Assembly: GCA_003220675.1 (NCBI GenBank) | Contig: QHTD01000055.1 | Coordinates: 18,722 to 82,721, forward strand | Length of the DNA stretch: 64,000 bases | Source: Candidatus Rokuibacteriota bacterium | Lineage (GTDB): Bacteria > Methylomirabilota > Methylomirabilia > Rokubacteriales > CSP1-6 | Direction: 5' to 3' | Shown: piece after piece, positions 62,815-64,000 of the stretch | Position numbering within the stretch: the first letter of the stretch is position 1 | Layout of the letters: each line of letters starts with the position of its first letter | The notes under the pieces: generated by a model | Told to the model about the DNA's origin: nothing | Database searches by the model: none | What the model saw: only the letters and a program-made list of their open reading frames with translations | Position numbers and translations under genes: made by a program

Positions 62815-64000
62815 GTGGCGGACCTCGAGGACATCGTCGGCGAGCGGCTGATGTTCGGCCTACCGGGGCCGACGCTCCGTGACGAGGATGTCAGCCTCTT
62901 CAAGGAGACGCGCGCCGCGGGCCTCATCGTCTACAGGCGGAACTTTGACAGCCCCGCGGGACTCCTCCGCCTTCTCGGCTCCCTCGAGGGCGCGCTGGGG
63001 CGACGGCTGCTCGTCGCCACCGACCACGAGGGCGGACGCGTCGTCATGCTCGGCGGCGCCACGACGATCTTTCCCGACAACCTCGCGGTCGGCACGGCGG
63101 GCGAGGAGGCGTTTGCGCACCGCCAGGGCCTCGTGGAGGCGAGGGAGCTGCGGCGCCTCGGTGTGGATCTGAACCTCGCGCCCGTCCTGGACGTGCTCAC
63201 CGAGCGCTACAGCCCAAACATCGGCATCCGCTCATACGGCAAGGACCCGACGGTCGTCTCGCGCTACGGCGCGGCGCGGATCCGTGGCATGAAGCGGGGC
63301 GGCGCCTCGGCGTGCGCCAAGCACTTCCCCGGCAAGGGCCACGCGCCGCTCGATGCTCACTTGGCCCTGCCTACCATCGAGTCGACGTGGGCCGAGATGC
63401 GCGAGACCCATCTGCCGCCCTTCCTCGAGGCGATCGCGGCCGGCGTCGACTGCGTGATGACGAGCCATCCCGTCTATCCGAATCTCGATCCCGCGCGCGT
63501 GCCGGCAACCTTCTCGCGCCCGATCGTCGAGGACTGCCTACGCAATCAACTGGGGTTCCGCGGCGTGATCGTCACGGACGACCTGGAGATGGGCGCGATC
63601 GTGCAGAGCTGTCCCGTGGGGGAGGCGGCGGTCAGAGCGGCGCAGGCAGGCCACGACCTGCTGCTCGTGTGCCATACCGAAACCGCGCAGCGCGCCGCAG
63701 CCGCCGCACTCCTTGACGCCTACCGTGCGAACCGGCTCTCGCGGCGCGGGCTCGAGGCGGCCGTCGAGCGCGTGCGCCGGCTGCGCGAGCAGCGGGGCGC
63801 GCGATTCGAGGGCGGCCCGCCTGCCCGCGAGCTCGACGGCCCGCCGCTCGCGATGGCGATCGCCACGCGCGCGGTGACGCCGGTCACCGCCGGGGCTCCG
63901 GGCTTCCGACGCGCGCTCAACGGCAGCGTGACCGTGGTCTTCCCGCGCTTCTCGGAGCTTGGTCCGCGCATCACGATCGAGCCCGAGGTCGCCAACGAGC
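62815..64000 (+). CDS. nagZ: Beta-N-acetylhexosaminidase, glycoside hydrolase family 3 (runs off the right edge)
   Basis: This frame is open from 62761 to the window end and is absent from the ORF track because it has no stop. Motifs: LMFGLPG, VATDHEGGRV, KHFPGKGHAPLDAH, VTDDLEMGA. A GTG at 62815 is the likely start. Confidence 0.88.
   Translation, partial: MADLEDIVGERLMFGLPGPTLRDEDVSLFKETRAAGLIVYRRNFDSPAGLLRLLGSLEGALGRRLLVATDHEGGRVVMLGGATTIFPDNLAVGTAGEEAFAHRQGLVEARELRRLGVDLNLAPVLDVLTERYSPNIGIRSYGKDPTVVSRYGAARIRGMKRGGASACAKHFPGKGHAPLDAHLALPTIESTWAEMRETHLPPFLEAIAAGVDCVMTSHPVYPNLDPARVPATFSRPIVEDCLRNQLGFRGVIVTDDLEMGAIVQSCPVGEAAVRAAQAGHDLLLVCHTETAQRAAAAALLDAYRANRLSRRGLEAAVERVRRLREQRGARFEGGPPARELDGPPLAMAIATRAVTPVTAGAPGFRRALNGSVTVVFPRFSELGPRITIEPEVANE

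Overview
Very GC-rich (roughly 70% by eye) bacterial chromosomal segment dominated by core genes. I saw no rRNA, CRISPR, transposase, integrase or phage genes. Positions 1-47734 form one uninterrupted minus-strand block of about 60 genes. In transcription order (47734 down to 1) it holds: an orphan nuoL-M-N module; a HAD hydrolase; glpD; ugpB-A-E-Q; glpK; atpZ-atpI-atpB-atpE followed by rex; mfd; a SurA-like PPIase; rho; rpmE; prfA-prmC-murA; hisG-D-B-H-A-F-IE; an Mla-type ABC transporter with an extra lipoprotein; radA, a PIN/TRAM (yacL-like) gene, ispD-ispF-cysS-rlmB; a tRNA Thr-Tyr-Gly-Thr cluster fused to tuf; and the S10/spc ribosomal-protein operon (rpsJ to rplX). Positions 47.8-64 kb are mixed-strand and more accessory. 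They hold an M23 peptidase, an srs-like type III polyketide synthase/methyltransferase/flavoprotein cluster, gamma-carbonic-anhydrase-like, DJ-1/PfpI and PaaI proteins, an SDR/acyl-CoA dehydrogenase/enoyl-CoA hydratase trio, an IlvD/Edd dehydratase, and the peptidoglycan-recycling genes murQ, namZ and nagZ. The most unusual signal is non-genic. A modular repeat family (six to eight copies) sits at cistron junctions, has the same orientation at every site (co-directional with the flanking operon at the intercistronic sites) and usually ends at the next start codon. At five junctions (rplP/rpmC, rplD/rplW, rpsJ/rplC, mlaF/mlaD, hisA/hisF) the expanded spacer is spanned by an ORF whose start overlaps the upstream stop and whose stop overlaps or abuts the downstream start. 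Three gene-decay scars are also present: a fused ABC-transporter remnant, an in-frame GDPD tail relic, and an ACAD/ECH deletion junction. All calls come from reading the sequence and the supplied ORF track; no database search was possible.
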